In this document: positions 13,213-26,280 of the stretch, piece after piece
Position numbering within the stretch: the first letter of the stretch is position 1
Layout: every line of letters begins with the position of its first letter
Assembly: GCA_028023455.1 (NCBI GenBank)
Contig: JAQFVV010000007.1
Span: forward strand, 3,844,001 to 3,908,000
Length of the DNA stretch: 64,000 bases
Reading direction: 5' to 3'
Origin: Epiperipatus broadwayi
Lineage: Eukaryota > Animalia > Onychophora
Program-made: the position numbers and the translations under genes
Notes under the pieces: model-generated
Told to the model about the DNA's origin: nothing
What the model saw: only the letters and a program-made list of their open reading frames with translations
Databases searched by the model: none

Positions 13213-13350
13213 AGATTTTCACAGGTTGCATATATTGATGTTTCAACTTGATCACACAAGTCATCCACTGGGTGGATGACTTATGTGATCAAGTTGAAAT
13301 GTCGGTATATCAATATTTAAATTCTTTAACATGGGTGAACCTGCAAAATA
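13213..13350. repeat. Near-perfect hairpin with partial hammerhead-like motif
   Basis: Arms 13237-13268 and 13272-13303 with a 3-nt loop. The two arms reconstruct ancestral gacttg-tgtgat-caagtc-GAAAC-GTC. Confidence 0.75.
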
Positions 13351-13534
13351 TATCTTATATATATATAATATTACAAATTGATGTCTGTATTTCTTCAAAA
13401 TAATATACATAAATTTATAAATAAATATTAGAAAATACAGTATTTAAAAGTTTATAAAAATATATCTATAATCGTCACTTAGAAGCGCTTTCAACTATCT
13501 TTGTAGTTTTGGTCAACTAATACTTTTAAAATAT

Positions 13535-13553
13535 CAGTTTTCCTATAAATCCA

Positions 13554-13628
<75 letters not shown>

Positions 13629-14534
13629 GTTATAGATATACATTATTATGGTGTAATATTATTTTATTACATAAAAGTGGTTGCTTAGATTTTGGGATTT
13701 GAACAAGTTTAAGATAGTATGTTATAAAATTGTCTTATATAAAACTGCAATTATGTGGAACAATAGTGACATTTATCTGAGATATATATTTTGAAAATAG
13801 AAATAGTAATATAAAATAGTAAGTGAAATAACAATAGTATTAAAATTGAGTGAAAATTTGAAAATGATGTTTACAAGGAAACTAAAAAACCAGTCATAGA
13901 TATAGAGTGTGATAAAAAGGTAAAGAACTAAAGTACATAAGCAATTGGTGACAGGAAAATAACTATATGCAAAAATGTATATATGCCCTCAAATCAACTG
14001 CCATGCTGTATGTTATGGAGAATCACAGGCCAATGTATCTACCTGATTAGCACATCAGTTCACATATAGCCTTGCTCAAACACAAACAGATATTAAATCA
14101 ATGTTTTATGAGCACCAATCCACTTCTAGCCACATCTTTGAGCCTACATCTGCCACCATCATATGCCTAGAACAGCACCAAGGATAAAACTGAAAGAGAC
14201 CTAGCATATCATGAGAAATAAAAATGCTGTTAATAAGAAAGACTCCTGTGCTCCCCTCTATAAAAAATAGCCTACTGAAGCAAATAATTAGCTATTCAAT
14301 TATGCTAATCACCCAATGTTTTCTCTAATAAATCCAACAGACTTCTCTCTGTCAGATGCCATGAGTATGACAAATAAAACTTAGTCACAAGTGCATTAGG
14401 CAAAAATTGTGGACTTTATTCAGATTTTAAGCTTATCTCATATACATTTTTGCATATAGTTATTTTTCCATATTCTAAGCAACCACTTTTATGTAATAAA
14501 ATAATATTACACCATAATAATGTATATCTATAAC

Positions 14535-14572
<38 letters not shown>

Positions 14573-14577
14573 ATAGA

Positions 14578-14623
<46 letters not shown>

Positions 14624-14644
14624 TGGATTTATAGGAAAATACTG
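13535..14644 (+). mobile_element. PLE GIY-YIG remnant flanked by inverted repeats containing (TA)n
   Basis: From 13978: YICPQINCHAVCYGESQANVST*LAHQF...KSMFYEHQSTSSHIFEP. Identical inverted 65-bp arms at 13625-13689 and 14474-14538, plus 13535-13556 vs 14621-14644, separated from the arms by (TA)n tracts. Confidence 0.72.
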
Positions 14645-15165
14645 TGCACCAAAATTTTCAACATTACAATTGGTGATAGGTTGTGATAAGCAGGTTTTAA
14701 TATACAGGTTATAAGAAAGAATAAACTTAAAGACAAAGAACTTCCATAGCATGGAAGATTGTATGTGGGAACAGATGATCATTAAAAATTAAAAACAAAA
14801 ACAGGAAATCAAAACTAAAGTTAAAAGAAATAAAAAAAAAAAAAAGAATCAATATAATAAATCCAAGACAAAGATGAAAAAATGGAATAACAAGAAGAGC
14901 AAATTCAAAAGAAAAAATGAAATGGCAAAATATATAACTTAATGATAGAACAGAAAGTCAAAATATACAGAATGTTCAAGAAATAAAGAATTCAGAACTA
15001 TATGTAGTGTTAAGGAGTGAAACAAAGGATAGCAATTAATTTCTATGCAGAATAATAAAATAATCACAGTTATAATGACAACGTTACTACAACTATCCAT
15101 GGCTTGAGAGAATAATTGACTGACAAAATCAATTAGAGAAGTAAAGAATTAACTAGTAAGATTAA

Positions 15166-15797
15166 AAGAACTATTTTATATAGCATAATGTTTTATAAAC
15201 TATAATAGTAATAATCAGCCATTAAGCTAATGCACATGCACATTGTGGATTTTTAACTATAAATGAATACTCTCACTTTCAAACACAAAATAAAGTCTTT
15301 GTGAAAAGATAGAATAAATCCAAGAATCTATCTATCCTTTCTACCTAAATATTTATGTATGGGCAAATCTTAAGCATTTAGAAATGAGAGCATGAAGATG
15401 TTAAGCAATTACTTTAAATTACCTTTACTATGCCTTAATGGCTGATTATTACTATTACAGTTTATAAAAACATCATGCTATATAAAATAAATATCTCATT
15501 TACATATGTTTAATTTCAACTAAGAATGATGTATCGTAAATTCTAGTAAATTTTGTAAGCATCATTCATTCAGGCATAGTAAACATAATTTAAAGTAATT
15601 GCTTAACATCTTCATGATCTCATTCCCAAATGCTTAAGATTTGCCTATACATAAACAGTTGAGTAGAAAGGATAGATGGATTCATGGATTCATTCTATCT
15701 TTTCACAAAGACTTTATCTTGTGTTTGGAAGTGAGAGTATTCATTTATAGTTAAAAATCCACAAAACACATGTGCATTAGCTTAATGACTTATTATT
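15166..15797. mobile_element. Fold-back insertion with 14-bp TSD
   Basis: TSD ACTAGTAAGATTAA at 15152-15165 and 15798-15811. ~230-bp inverted arms (15206-15440 vs ~15570-15797). 15166-15225 is also inverted at 15435-15489. Confidence 0.85.
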
Positions 15798-16329
15798 ACT
15801 AGTAAGATTAAGAAAAATTGATTGAAATAGCAAGATTGATAAAAAAACTGAAGTGATAAATAAAACCTTTTAGAAATGAATAAAAAATATCAATAATAAG
15901 GATGAAATTATTAGCAGATGAAACAAATGAAATTAGCAAAAAAAGAGCATCAGCAAGTGCAGTGAATGGAAGAGGTGGTAGACAGCTTCAGAAAAATCAC
16001 AAGGCTATCACAAAAATAAAAAAAAAGATTTAGGAGAAATTGGGAAAAAGATAAAACAGCTACAGTTACAAAAAAATAAAGAAAAGTCTTAAGAAAAGAA
16101 GAAACATTACAGGAATTTAAAGAGATAAAAAAAAGAAATTAAAAATAATATAATCCTTAATAATATAGCTAATGTAATCCAAGAAGAGATATTTGAAATA
16201 ATGAGAAAATAGAGAAAGACCAGAAGATGATGAGTATATACAACATTAAAGTTAAATAATGGTGGATATAAAAAGAATGAAGCAAATACATAAGGTCATT
16301 GAGGAGAAAATTACAAGATCTAGGCATGT

Positions 16330-17000
16330 TCTCAATGAGATAACTCTAAACAAAGTCCTAGTTCTGGGAAATAAGGAGAGGTTCCTTTAGAACACTTAAA
16401 CAGCTTGGAATGATACTTTACTTTAAACAATGTCAGGGAAGAGAAAAAAATGGTAGTATTATACAGTCATTTAGAAAGTGCCGAGTAATAGAATATCTGC
16501 TTGGATGGGTCAAATCCTTTCAAAAATATAAAGAATCCCTGTTAAACAATTATTGAATTGATTACTATCAAGCTGTACCAACTGTCAATAAACATTACAT
16601 GACCACCATTTCTTATGCTTGCTCTTAGCTGTTATTAAAATAGGCAAAATTCTCTGTGCATTGCTACCCAGTGCAAATCAGAGTAATCAATGGATGCCAG
16701 AAGGCTTGTGCATAAAATCCCCATCTAGTCTCTACTCAGGCACTAGATAAGGATTTTATGCACAAGCCTTATGGCATCCATTGATTACTCTGTCTTGTAC
16801 TGGGTGGCAATACAGATAGAGAGTTTTGCCTGTTTTAATGTACTAACTGTCTTAGAAAAAGTATAAAATAGGAGAGAGTAAATCATATATATTTGCCTTT
16901 AGATGACAAGTGGTGAATTTGAAAGCATTGATCACATGCCTTTTGACTGAGAGTCAAATCATAAGGATTGTGAGGCATACTTTATCTGAAAAACTAGATA
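16330..17000 (+). mobile_element. Highly decayed LINE reverse-transcriptase remnant (host of the 16587 insert)
   Basis: Weak motif echoes only (KSPSSG-like, FESIDH...VKS*GL.GILY). A-rich LINE-like composition from ~14700. Confidence 0.3.
16587..16838. mobile_element. Fold-back insertion with 13-bp TSD
   Basis: ~95-bp inverted arms spanning 16635-16838 with a 12-nt loop. TSD TGTAC[C/T]AACTGTC at 16574-16586 and 16839-16851. 48-bp unpaired tail on the left. Confidence 0.8.
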
Positions 17001-20000
17001 GATGATGATTGATCAAACCAAAAATCCATTATGGAAGTTACCAAATTCCTGATTACAGTGGACCCAAATTAATATACTCCTTGAGGTTTCTCTAACACTC
17101 CAAATCAAGAAAAATAAAGACAGAAAAATAAGACTGGTCTGGCATATTTCTGCAGCTCAATGCTTATAAAATATATTGCAGGCACTGGTGAATATAAGGA
17201 ATTAAATAAATATGAGCATTGATAGAGAGTTCCTCACTTGGAGGCCTTCCAAAAAAGAGGGAGAGAATTGATGAAACAAGGTAGGCATGGTGAAATTAAT
17301 GAGGTAAAAGAAAAAAACTGGAACAGAAGAAAATGAATATTGTTATTAGAAGTGAAGTCTAATAGAATGACCAATTTTATTTTTATTTAGGAGGGGCTAA
17401 TGCTAAAGATTAAAATAATCTGATCTCTTATAAGTTAGATAGTTAAAGTAAAGCTAAAACAATAGTATGCATTGTGTGAAAGCAGAGTGAATGGGATTGG
17501 ATGCTAACATTATACTATGCCATAAATTGCAATGTTTTTTTTACAAGAAGGATGGGTGAATTAATAATATATTTATTTGTCTAAATGTATGCCAAGTGCA
17601 TTAAAGAAAAAAAAGATTATTAACTAGGAAGCTTTTCATAAAGTTAAAAGTGATTATAATGTTATTAGATGTAATTTTAATATAAGCTTTATTTTTATAT
17701 GATGAGTAATTATATATATATATATCTTCAATTAAATTGTGAAAAATGTACTTATCTTTTTTTTTGAAATGGGGGGGAAAATTTGTTTGCTTGTGAAAAT
17801 TGTAATAAAACTGGTTCCTTTCCCAGCTTAAACTAAAAGAAATCAATATGTATTTGATGACGAAAGAATAGAAATCATGTGGTGCTAATTCAAACACCCT
17901 TCAAATTCTGGTTTGTTTTTTCTAACATGTAATTTGGGAGAGGGAATAGATGTTGTTGTTGAATCCATAATAAAATTGGAGCCTAATTATGTGGATGTCA
18001 GATAAAACTGCCACCATCAACCCTGTGAAGGATAATACAGATTTTGTTTTGAGATATAAAACAATATATGTATTTAAGTGCATTATGTCCTGTACATGAG
18101 GGGTTAGAGTGACTTATGGTCAACCTGGGTAGGATGAGTAGGTTGGCACTAATATGGACTTTGAGTGTTCCATCACCAGATTTTCAATGAAATGGATAGC
18201 TAAAGAGTTGTGGGTTGGGGTGGATTGAAACCTGTTTATTAAGGTATGAAGATTGGCCATCTTAATGTAAGCTGAGCATTGATTGTATATATGTGTGGAG
18301 ATGATAATCTGGACCAACTGACGAGTGCTGGTTTAGCACAAAATATGTATATTGGTGATTGTTTATCTTTTCAACATGTGTGTGATCAAGTGTGTCAGCA
18401 GTATGAGATAGCATGGATATTTGAGGGTCATGTGAAAGTCTGAGTTCAAACCCCTATATATTATATATTGGAAGGTAGGTATGAAATAGCCTGTACTTTA
18501 GGAAAAAATTCATATATTAAAATATGAATTTATAGAAAATTAACTCAATTGAAGAATCAAAAACTCAGAAATAAATTTACCAATTGAAAGGAAACTGGCA
18601 ACTGTATCCAAATATGGATAATGTTTAAGAAAACTAATAAGAAGTTTATGCTATACATAAAAAAGTGCCTAAATAAATGATTTAAATAATTGTAATATAG
18701 AATACTTAATCTTCACAACTTAATTGCAATAGTATTTTATGATAATGTCACATAGATTTTTGTTTTCAGAAGGGTTTTTTTTTTTGCAATGTTAATATGG
18801 TTGTTATAATTTTCTTTTTTATTTCTAAGCAATGGCATATTGATGTATTCAGTTTTCTTTTGTTAAAATTATAAACTTTTATTTTATAATGTAAATGGCA
18901 GGGCATGATATGTGGTGCTGACATTTTACTTTGTATATGCTAATATATGTGTACTTTAATTCAGATATGAATAATTTCCTTCTTTATAAAATTTTATTAT
19001 TTTAACATTATGCAAATGTTTTTCTTATTATCAAGTCTTACATCTGGATGCATGTGGTAATATGAAAATGTACTTTTGATATTATAACATTCTTTTTTGT
19101 CTCCATGCTTGATACTCAGCTAGCCACGCAGGCTATGATGATGATAACTATAATGTTTATACTTAAATGATATGTCATAGAGGCAGATTCTTTATTAAAG
19201 GGTGGCATCCATTCTTTTGTGTACCCTTATAGTTATATCAAAAAAGAAAATAGTAAAAGTGAAGGCTGACTTCTGTGGAATAAAAATTCTTCATTGGATA
19301 TCTGATAATCATTTAGAGTGTTCGAAGATTGTTACCAGACCAGTAGTTTCAAAACCCATCAGCTTTACATTTGTTATAAAAAGATATATCAGATGTGCTT
19401 ATTCTGATGTAGCAAACAAAAGAAATGTGCGTATATATATTACAGTAAAAATAATAAACTTAACGATAATTTTAACCGTTAAATTTATTATTTTTATTAT
19501 AATTACAATTTTGTTTTAATTAATGGATATTTTATTTATATTATATATACATATGTATATGTTATGTGCTGAATGAGATATTTTCAGGGATTTTTAAATT
19601 AACATATAATAGAAATAAAAGACATTATATCCATGTAAATAGAGAAAACCTTTTACCATTTGATGCTGCCCCAGGAAACTATTAATTACTATTTGAGAAT
19701 CCTGAGAATAAACAAGTTTTTTCTTTCTTAACCTATATAATAAAATAGCTCCTTTGTTATGGTTTTATTAAAAAAAATAAAATGGGAGAAAATAGTAAAA
19801 ATAATTATTTAGACTAATTCAATTAGTATCAACCAAAGGGGAAAGATATGAAAAAAAGAGTAAAAAACCTCTTGAGGTACTTTTAACCGATTTAGTTATA
19901 ATTTTTATAAAAAAGACTATACAGTTTAGGAGGAGGCTAGTTGATTTGTGAGAGCTGTGGATAAGTATAGTTTCTGTGATATCTTCCTACTCTGGAGTTA

Positions 20001-20334
20001 TTCCAGTAATCTGTGAAGGCCAGAGTAATTTCTGTATGATAGTCTTTTTCAGCCATTCAAGCTTCAAATATTCAAACATAGGTTCAAAGAAAACTGAATA
20101 TGGTAAATTCAAAAATATATATTTGAAATGGACACACTGTTAGCAATATAGGAGTTTAAATGATATTTTAGGGTAAATAGTGGCAAAATTAGAATAAAAT
20201 AAATCTGATCAGTAGATGATCTTAACAAAACAAAACTGAAACAGAGAAGATAATCCAAGGTGATGTATGAACTCCATGATATAATTGATGGTGCTTCACT
20301 TTATATATATATATATATATATAACTAAATTAAA

Positions 20335-20373
20335 CATGGAGAGATCATCATCCTGCAGTGGATCAATAATAGC
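20335..20373 (+). mobile_element. RTE LINE 3'-end fragment
   Basis: catggagagatcatcatcctgcagtggatcaataatagc matches the 3' end of the RTE copies at 41426 and 49582. Confidence 0.55.
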
Positions 20374-20814
20374 AAAAATAATGGTAGTGAGACATAAATG
20401 AATAGTTAGTTGCACAGGAGGTCAAGTGATATTTGAATATTAGTACATAATCTTTGACTATTGTGGCCATTGCATCATTGTTGGATTTAATTGCTCAGGT
20501 TTGTCACTTGATGATTCTAAACATTTTATGCTTATGAGTTATATGATGAGAACCAATTCTTTTTTTTACTTAATTACAATAATTTTTGCTAAATATTTTT
20601 TTAGAGTTAATAAACATGTTCACCAGTAAGTCATATTTTTATAATTATGATAAAATATGTAAAATTAAAAAAAAAACCTCACTAACTCTATAAATTTTTC
20701 TTATGTTTTGTTATTAATGAAATATTTTTAAAGCCTTTTTTGTTTTGTTCATATTAGTATATTTCAGCATATTTTTACTGATATTTAAATAAATCAATGA
20801 TATAATATAAAATA

Positions 20815-20905
20815 TCTTTACATAACAGCAATAATATATATAACAATCATCATACGCAAAAAAGCTCTTTTCACCAAATATTAATTTTTGCCCTTTTCAA
20901 TGTCA
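20815..20905. repeat. Single-arm relative of the 27040 fold-back family
   Basis: atcata..aaaagctcttttcaccaaatattaatttttgcccttttcaat aligns to the arms at 27145-27200. Confidence 0.55.
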
Positions 20906-20924
20906 TTTAACTAATTTACAATTA

Positions 20925-23900
20925 TGATGTAATGTTGCTATGGCTTCTCCTTTACCAAAGTCAGGAATCTCACAGCCACTATTCCCAGAGCTAGCCACCT
21001 TCCCTTCCCTTTCCATCCCACCCAGTTTTCTCATATTCCCCTTTATTCTGCTCCATGGCCTTTATATCTAGATGCCTCTTATCTTTTGCCAAATCCAGCA
21101 TAAAAATCAAGAACTCACTTTCTGTATAATCACTTTGCTTATATTTATTCTCCCACAACTTCACTTTTTGTACTCTTTCTGCTTGTAAGCATTTACATTC
21201 AATTAGCAGATTCCTAATATTTTCCATGTCTTCCTTTCATAACTAGTAGACTAAATCAACCACATTTCTCCATTTATGTGTATATTACCTTGCTTCTAAT
21301 GATCCTCTTCAAGCCTTAAACAGTAAACTATTTTCCTTGCTATTATTGTAAATTAACTCACACCCAATATTCTGTTTACTTCTATACATATTCAAACTCT
21401 TTTTTTCTCCATACTAGTTCTCCCTCTTTCCAACTCCACATTGTTTATTAATACATCTATTTTTTATCCCATTCTTTGTCACAATACCTTTTGTACAAAT
21501 ATACTGATATAAATTTTTTTATCCAAATCTTCTGCATACCAGACTAACTTTCTTACCCATCTTGTTGCCTGTTCTTTATTGTAATCCAATTAAAAACTAT
21601 TTTGGCCATTTTTTTACTATCTATAAATTACATTCTATTGAACATTTTAATTTTGCTTTTTTGCATTTCTCATATAAATACTTGAACATCCCATTCCTTC
21701 TTGAATTACCTCCTTTGCCATCCACACATCTGGATCTAATGCATATCTTCCTACTTCTCTTTGTAATTTTTTAAAGTAATCTAACTCCTCTGTACTAATT
21801 CATAATCTATTGTTACTATGAGTTAATCCTGCTACTGCCACTTCCTTCCATACAATTCTTACAACATCACATTTATTATATGAAAACACTGTTAATTTTT
21901 CTATCAGTCCTTTTATTTTCTTTGCTTCATTAATTAAATTTTCTCTCTCATTCATCCAAGTAATTTTTTTATTTACTTAAGTGATTCTCAAATATTTATA
22001 CCTATTCACCACATTTAACTTTATATCCCCCAATAAAAATTCTTTCTCTCCTCTTTACCCAGTATTTATCAACATTACTTTTGATTTTACTTTTTAATCC
22101 CCATCTCTTTACCCATCCTTTGCACACATCTTCAGCATAACTTCCATATTTTCCTTACTTTCTGTGCACAAGAAGATATCATTAGTAAATAAAAGACCTG
22201 ATAATGTTTATACTTCTTTGCCATCTATTAATTGTATCTCTAACTTTCTTTCTAGTCTTTCTATTGCTCTCTATATTTTTCTCAAATATAACAAAAACAA
22301 AATAGGTAATATAGGGCATTCTTGCCTTAGTCCCATCCCATTTTTAACTTTAACTGATTCTATATTTCCTAATTGATATACATAGTAATTATTTTCATAT
22401 AATCTCTTAATAAGATCTATTAAAACTCCATTCATTTCCAAATCTACTAAACATACCCAGATTATATTTGTAGTCTCTCTTTCACATGCTTCTTTATATC
22501 TAAAAAGACCATATATATCTATCTGTATTCCTACTCATATCTATAGGTTATGTGAGTACATCTCCTATATATCTATCTATTGTAAAATCTCTTTGCATTT
22601 CTTTCACTATATTATTTTTTCATCCATTTTGCCACTCTTCCAGCAACCATGTATGCAAAAACTTTATATAACATTGTCATTACCACTATCAGTCTATAAA
22701 TGTTTATCTTTCGATAGTTCTTACCCTTTCTTTTAAATAATAGCCATACTCTTTTATTATTCCAGCTATACAGAAATTTTGTCTTTAGTGCCATCTTATT
22801 AAAACATGATAATAGATTAAATTTTGCCCTATTTCCCAAATTCATCATCATCTCTGCTGCTTATCCATCTAAATCTCTTGCCTTTCCACATTTCAACTTT
22901 TTCCCTGCCTCATTCAATTCATTTTATTTAAAACTAATATTTCCATTACTATGTGCTTTTATGTTTGTTATCACTCTGTCCTTCACATCTAACATTTTTT
23001 ATATCCATTACATATTTATTTAAGATTATCTTTAATCCTCTAGAGCTACACTCTTTTTCCTCATCATTTAGGGATACTATTTCTCTCTTCCCTACATTGC
23101 TTCTTTTAATATATTTCAAATTTTTTTATTCCCATTTTTTTTACTTTTATTAATATTTGTCAATAATTTGCTATTTAATTTCATTCTTTCTCTATAATTA
23201 TCTATTTTAGCCAACTTTTTTTTTAAAAAAAAATACTTTTCCTATTTAATATTAGCATTTTTTCACTTCCTTTGTTTTTAATAGATAATTTATATTCTTT
23301 GCATGCTTTTCTCATCTCTTTTACACTATTACTAATTCTCACTTTTCTATTACTTTTATTCTTCTGAATATTCTCACCTAAAACCCTATTTGTCACTTTT
23401 TCTACTTCATCACACCAATTCTTATATTCATCTCCAACAAACTCTTCCATAATTTCATCTATTTTTATTTTATATTCTTCTAAATTATTCTTATTATTTA
23501 TATCTCCATCCCCATCTTTCACTATTCTTTCTACTTTTATTATCATTTTCCATCACATTACTAATCACTTCTACTATAAAGAAATTATGATTACAATTTC
23601 ATACTCTCTCTTCATTATCAAACACTTTAATTTTCAGTACTTTATTCATTTCCTCTTTCTCTACTAATACATAATATATTGTGTGAAACATTACTCTTCA
23701 TAAATATTTGATAAATTTCCACTGCACAAATTCACTCTCTGACAAAATTTTTTCAAAGGTTATCCATTCTTGTTATCCACACCCCCAATTTCCTCAATAT
23801 GCCTATTTATATTCTCTATAACCATTTACTTTCTTCCCCTTTTTTTGAAACTCTGTATATTCTTAACTAGGCATTAACATATGCTACTGTTCCACTCCAT

Positions 23901-24180
23901 TATATTTTGACTATCTACAGTGAGCATATACACTATAGCCATCATCCATTCTTGTCTTCCTAACCTAATATCAAACCACACATGTTTTTGACACTTAACA
24001 GTATTTAAATATTTTTTTGACATAACTTTTTCTTTTTCTTTTCTATTTATACTCTGTCATAACAAATCTTCCAATGTAGGTTCTTCTTCTCATAGATGTG
24101 TTTCCACTACTGCTAATTCCTCATAGTGACATCTATCTTTTTATTTTATTTTTATAAAATTAACTATAACCTATTAAAAC
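20925..24180 (-). mobile_element. Non-LTR retrotransposon copy A (APE + RT + C-terminal CCHC), degenerate
   Basis: APE motifs (LAVVETHL, HVWFDIRLG..WMMAIVY), RT motifs and C-terminal ENIRNLLIECKCLQAE. (CATCA)n-like 3' tail at ~20925-20940. ORFs 20991-21227, 22612-22851 and 23223-23546 are its fragments. Confidence 0.9.
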
Positions 24181-24639
24181 CATACAATATTTTTAAGACA
24201 TACAAAAAACCCTGTGTAAATGTATATTATACCGTAATCTTTCATTCATTTATCATTAGCTAATTAATAGTCAAATTAATTGATGTTTTATATATGTTCA
24301 TACAATTATTTTTGTTTTTTATATAGCTCTCTTCTATTAGTTTTTAAATATAATTTAAACAACTTATATGTTTGACACAATCTATTTTATTCAATTTTTA
24401 CTGGTATATACTAAAAACACGGGTTAAAACAAATAATTAAAAAATCTGATTATTATAATATATGTCTGTGTGTGATCACGTGAGTATTGTGCTTATAAAC
24501 AAAAAAAACATAAAATATTTAAATTTTTAAAATTAAACCCATTCATATCCTCTGAGTCTGTCAGGTTGAAAAATGATATGTAATTACCTTTATATAGGTA
24601 ATGGAAAAATTCTATTAATGTCTCAAAAGCATAACTAAA

Positions 24640-26280
24640 AATAAGACGAAAAAAAAAAAGAAAAGGGAAAGTATTTTAAATTATTTATTTCTGAATTGTA
24701 AGAAAGAATAAATGAAAAATTAAAAGTTAATAGAATAACTAACTAGTATGGTATTAAACCCAAGAAAAAGAAAAGCATAGAAGAAAATGGATTTTTTTAA
24801 AAAATAAATAAATAAATAAAAACTTACAAAGAAATGTAAAAGTTTAGGAGTAAATATATGTCGTAGTTTAAAAAGAAACCTTGTTAGTAAATAATTGAAT
24901 ATAAATTATTAAAAAATAATGAATCGGTAGTGTTGTGAGTGAAAGTATCTTTTGGAAGCCGTTCTAGGAGATTATAGAGTATACAGAAAGAAACAAGTTT
25001 GCTCAGTATAAAACTATTTTGTACAGTAAATCGCATCATTAAGATCCATTGTAAACTAAAAACCTTTTACATAGAGAAGAATATAACTACTTGAGAAATA
25101 TTACATTAATTATAAGTTAGTATTTTGATAAGATTTAATTGAATCCCACAAAGCCCTAATGATCAATTTTGGCACCTAAAACTGTAATACGTATTAATAA
25201 GATTTATTGAACGATTTTTGATAAAACGGAAAAAAAAGGGGAGGCTATTTGTTTTACATTTAAAACGCCCCAAAATCTTTTTATATTTATATATTTATTA
25301 TTTTAAAACAATTTATTTTTTCAAAGTATGTCTCATTTTAGTCTCATTTTTAATTCGGCATTTGAGGCAGATGTCTCGCCATCTATGGAATCAGCTGTGG
25401 AATCATATCACAATAAAATAGTTTTAAAAATCCAGATATTATTTCCAATATCGTTGCGATTGTTAATTAAGTTAATAATGAAGCAGATATTGGGTGATAT
25501 TAATTTGTAGCTAAGATAATTTTTATATACATATTTAGTAAGAAGAAAAAAACTTTTGTTGAAACCAATACGAAGACATTTGAAATTGATTCCACCTGTC
25601 ACTTATTAAATTGTATAAAGTTAAATTATGAGCCTGCAGGATTTAGACATTCCCCGGGCTATTTTTATCGAGTTGCATTATAGACGCTATAGTCCTATCA
25701 TTTTTTTAAATTTGTATTTCAAAAATAGATCAGTGACTGAAATCTTTAGCAATTCAAAATTAAACATTTTTTATTGCTTTTAAAAAGAAAGCAAAAAAGT
25801 AAAGATTTACTACTAATCATTTTTTTTTAATATTCAGTAATAATATCCCCCCTCCCCCGTGACAATTCTGGCTATTTCTTTGAAGACATATTTCAAATAA
25901 ATGCAGCCTGGAATAAAAACATAAAACCTATTAATATTTTGGATAATGATTACAACTTGTCTCTTAATGTAATAAAATTTAAAGCTGTTCCAGTACAATC
26001 CTCTCCCCAAAATTCTTATGTTTAACCCATCAATCAACTTATTTGCTGGATATTTTGCGAATATTTCTAACTCAAACAAACACGATAATAACAAAAATTA
26101 AAACTTACATCGTTGCACATTTTATTGATGTAAATACTACGAATACAAATCAAAACACTCATACATTTACTTCACAAACTTTGGATAAACTGAATGACTC
26201 CTGGAGTCATATTTTGCTAATAATTTGACACCATTTATTAGCATTATTAAAAATTATAACCATACCGATGGTTTAATTAT
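24640..26280. promoter_or_regulatory. CpG-retaining island, candidate unmethylated promoter region
   Basis: About 23 CG dinucleotides counted by eye in 1.6 kb, versus almost none in the preceding 4 kb. Confidence 0.5.
25908..26108 (-). other. Candidate GT-AG intron (probably 5' UTR) inside the CpG island
   Basis: Minus-strand donor GAT|GTAAGTTT at 26108 and acceptor ggttttatgtttttattccAG|G at 25908. Confidence 0.35.

Noticed and set aside
17800-18400. GC-richer segment with MKIGHLNV (APE-like motif)
   Set aside because: The downstream APE motifs are missing or out of order, so it cannot be classified.
19034-19125. Minus-strand candidate exon PAWLAEYQAWRQKRML*
   Set aside because: Too short, with a stop before the donor and no supporting neighbouring exons.
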